Below, in pieces: positions 61,301-64,000 of a stretch of DNA of 64,000 nt. This DNA comes from a virus, in IMG/VR virus record IMGVR_UViG_3300033153_009093, positions 32,001 through 96,000 of that record; one strand, written 5' to 3'. The position numbers were made by a program, and so were the translations under genes. The first letter of the stretch is position 1; the number at the start of each line of letters is the position of its first letter. A model generated the notes under the pieces. The model was not told the origin of the DNA. It saw only the letters and a list, made by a program, of their open reading frames with translations, and made no database searches.

Positions 61301-64000
61301 CTGGATAAATGTCATAATATTCAATATAATCTAATAATTTAGGTGAATAAGTTGTTGCTGATTCTATATACTCTCCTCTATTTTTTACGTTCATTAAAAT
61401 GGAGCTTTCTTTTGATGAACTAAAATCAGGGTTATAACCAATATAATTATTATAATTATTATATAATTCATAAGTTAAATCAACATCTATAGGTATAACA
61501 ATATTATTATTAACATTATTTGATATAATAAAATTCATATTTATTTTGTATTCTTTTAAAATATCATCAATAGTTGTATGATCCGCAATATCAGTTATTT
61601 TACCATCTAATAATAATGCACCTTTACTTTCATCATAATATTCAATGTTATATAAATTTGTATATTCAAAATCTTCTACTAAATCTGATAATTCATTTAA
61701 TGAAAAACTTGCATATATTCGTATATATTTATTTTGATTATCATTTACTATATAAGGTAATACATTATTTTGATTATCAAATTTATTATATATAGTGCTA
61801 TTTTTATCGATAACGCTTATATCATCAATATCATAAATTGTAGAATCTGTTAATTCATAAAACCCTGTATCAGTATTGCCTATATAATTATTAAAAAATA
61901 AGCATTTCTTATTATCTGGTACATAATTCTATATATCATCATCTATATCAAATAACGAAAGTGATATATTTTTAGAATATATAACTTGAGGTAATATATT
62001 ATCCAATTCTGTATTATAAACTCCTACATTTACATCTCTGATGACTTCATTTATAATATCACTATAAAATATTCCTATTAAAATTACAGCAGTCGTAGAT
62101 ATAAAATTATCAAAATTGGAATAAAATTTTATTGATAAATTATTAAAATATGTAAATGTATTATATTCCATATTTACATATAATTTCTATTCTAATTGAT
62201 CTACTATATGTTCATTGGATGTAATAAGATTTTCTATATTGTAAATTAAATCATTTCCGGAGGTAGTGAAGTCCTCCATTAATATTTCAAATTGTACATT
62301 ATAAATATTATATGTATCAATATTATATACTTTACAATATAAAACCATTTTTGAAATATCGCCATGAATATTGCCGCCATTTTTTATTTCTAATTCTTTA
62401 TAATATATAGGCTTATGTGTGATATCATAACCGGAGATTAAATTCATTGCTCCGTTGATATATGTTATTTTATCAACGGGGTTACTGTCATAAAATCTTA
62501 CATAATTTCTTATATATTTATTACTATTATGTAATTCTAATTTATTAACATGATAATCTATATTTTCTAAATCGTAAATATTTACAATATCATAACTTTC
62601 AGAATATGTATCATAAATCATATAAATATATTCCATACGATTCTTATTTATTAGCGTAAAATCATTAAAATTCCACTGGAAAGTATTAGAATTATATGCA
62701 TTATAAACAACTTTATCATATTCTGTAAGTTCATTATCGCCATTGACATAATTATTTATAATATCTTTATATTGAGTGATATTATAATCCGTAGAATCGC
62801 TAGTTATAGAATGATTTATTATTTCTAATCCTATATAATTATTAATATCATTAATAGAATTATATGAACATATGTTCATATTATTGGAATTTAATAACAT
62901 AGGAACCGGAAAAGGTAATAATTTTATTTTTCCAGAATTAACATTATTAATAAAAGTTGTATAGTTTGTACTATTTAAATAATTAGAATTGCTATTATCT
63001 ATATCTATTGCTAATCCGTAAATTTTAAATCTATCATTGTCTACAAAGTTATTCGTTATTAGAATATTATTTATATTATCCGTAGCGTGTAATTTATATT
63101 CAAAATCATTTAAATTATCATAGTCTGATACAAAATTTATTTCCTCCTTTGACATTATATCAGTATAAGGAGTTAAAGCTACTGAAGAATCTAATAACTC
63201 TTTTCCTAATATTTCACCATAATGATAATTGTCTGCATTAGTATAATCAGATTTACTATAAGTGTAAATTTCTTGATATCTTTTTTTATAATACGGATAG
63301 GATAATATTACATTATCATTCTCTATTAAATCATTATCTATTTCTGAAAGCCTTATAATAAAATTATTATTTATATCTGACCTAAAAAAAACATTATTGT
63401 CTAATAATCTAAACCCACTGACATTCAATAAATTAGCTGTTGTTACATCTATATATAATTCTTTAATTGAGCTTTCTGAATTTTCTATTTCATTTTTTAA
63501 ATTTAGGGCGTTTAATTTTGTAGTAATATCTATTAATTCTAAATATTCCCCTATATTTAGAATTATATCATCATTTATAATACCAGTTTCAGTTATTTCG
63601 ATATTAGAATCTATTAATTTAAATATAAACTCCAACCCATAATAGATATCATCACCTAAAACAATTTTGTAATTTTCTAAAGTATATTCATCAAATACAA
63701 TATCTTTGCCATACTGAGTTGAATGTATTTGATTTGTAGAATCATTATTTATTTCATCAGGTTCATAACTATAATTATAATTCATATAATAAATATCATT
63801 AAATGTGCCGCTATATTTTTTTAATTCACCGGCTATTATGGAGTATTCATTATTAATAGTAATGATATCATATTGAACTTCATCAATATCATTATTATTA
63901 TAGTAATTATAAATGTTTTCTATGCCTAAATATAAATGATGAGTAGATAAACTATTAGGAATACTATAATTATATATTAATTTATCGAAAGAATAATAAA
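58386..64000 (-). CDS. Giant structural-type protein of at least 1870 aa, 5' end beyond the window (TAG-recoded)
   Basis: Seven track ORFs (62187, 61929, 61290, 60159, 59478, 59103, 58386) lie in one frame. I found no TAA/TGA from 64000 to the TGA at 58386. Confidence 0.8.

Noticed and set aside
1903-61795. Short track ORFs antisense or out of frame to longer genes (e.g. 1903, 3077, 4338, 6757, 10188, 11872, 19907, 26419, 28363, 28956, 37306, 37769, 38361, 39293, 44301, 48262, 57034, 57291, 58351, 61574)
   Set aside because: They overlap well-supported longer ORFs and show no independent coding signal.
15218-64000. Fragmented structural genes as pseudogenes or sequencing errors
   Set aside because: All traced breaks are the same codon (TAG) with the frame preserved, and the merged ORFs tile the region with canonical overlaps. 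Random decay would also give TAA, TGA and frameshifts.
728-64000. TAG = Gln (translation table 15)
   Set aside because: This is the default expectation for phages and a few coiled-coil contexts tolerate it. However, many TAGs fall in Trp-specific motifs and the large proteins would be almost Trp-free. Disfavoured, pending alignment or MS.

Overview
A very AT-rich jumbo-phage segment that uses a non-standard genetic code. Nearly all of the 15.2-64 kb morphogenesis region, plus several genes at 0.7-7.3 kb, looks shattered in code 11, but every break I traced is a TAG. Reading through TAG restores about 33 long ORFs that tile the region, end only in TAA/TGA and often regain ATGA/TAATG gene overlaps. 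The residues around these TAGs (YKYDGTN*, KVYI*NG, YVYDTTS*, TG*SIDYI, YQ*TD, FTG*YK, GE*TI, GS*IN, TS*DDI, ID*F) fit tryptophan, not the glutamine usually reported for amber-recoded phages. Replication and metabolic genes (N-terminal half of a split family-B DNA polymerase, Hef-like homing endonuclease, SF1 helicase, dNMP-kinase-like gene, transglycosylase) use only TGG for Trp, whereas virion genes mostly use TAG. The window also contains: the probable 3' end of a major capsid gene, cysC, a YqeY protein, two paralogous methyltransferases, a G/GT-type -1 frameshifted tail chaperone, a 2213-aa tape measure gene facing the chaperone, a small Zn-ribbon ORF with both TAG and TGA in frame plus a SECIS-like hairpin, and a strong excess of the tripeptide DST in virion-type proteins. 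I found no tRNA, rRNA or CRISPR array. All translations and counts were done by hand with no database search.
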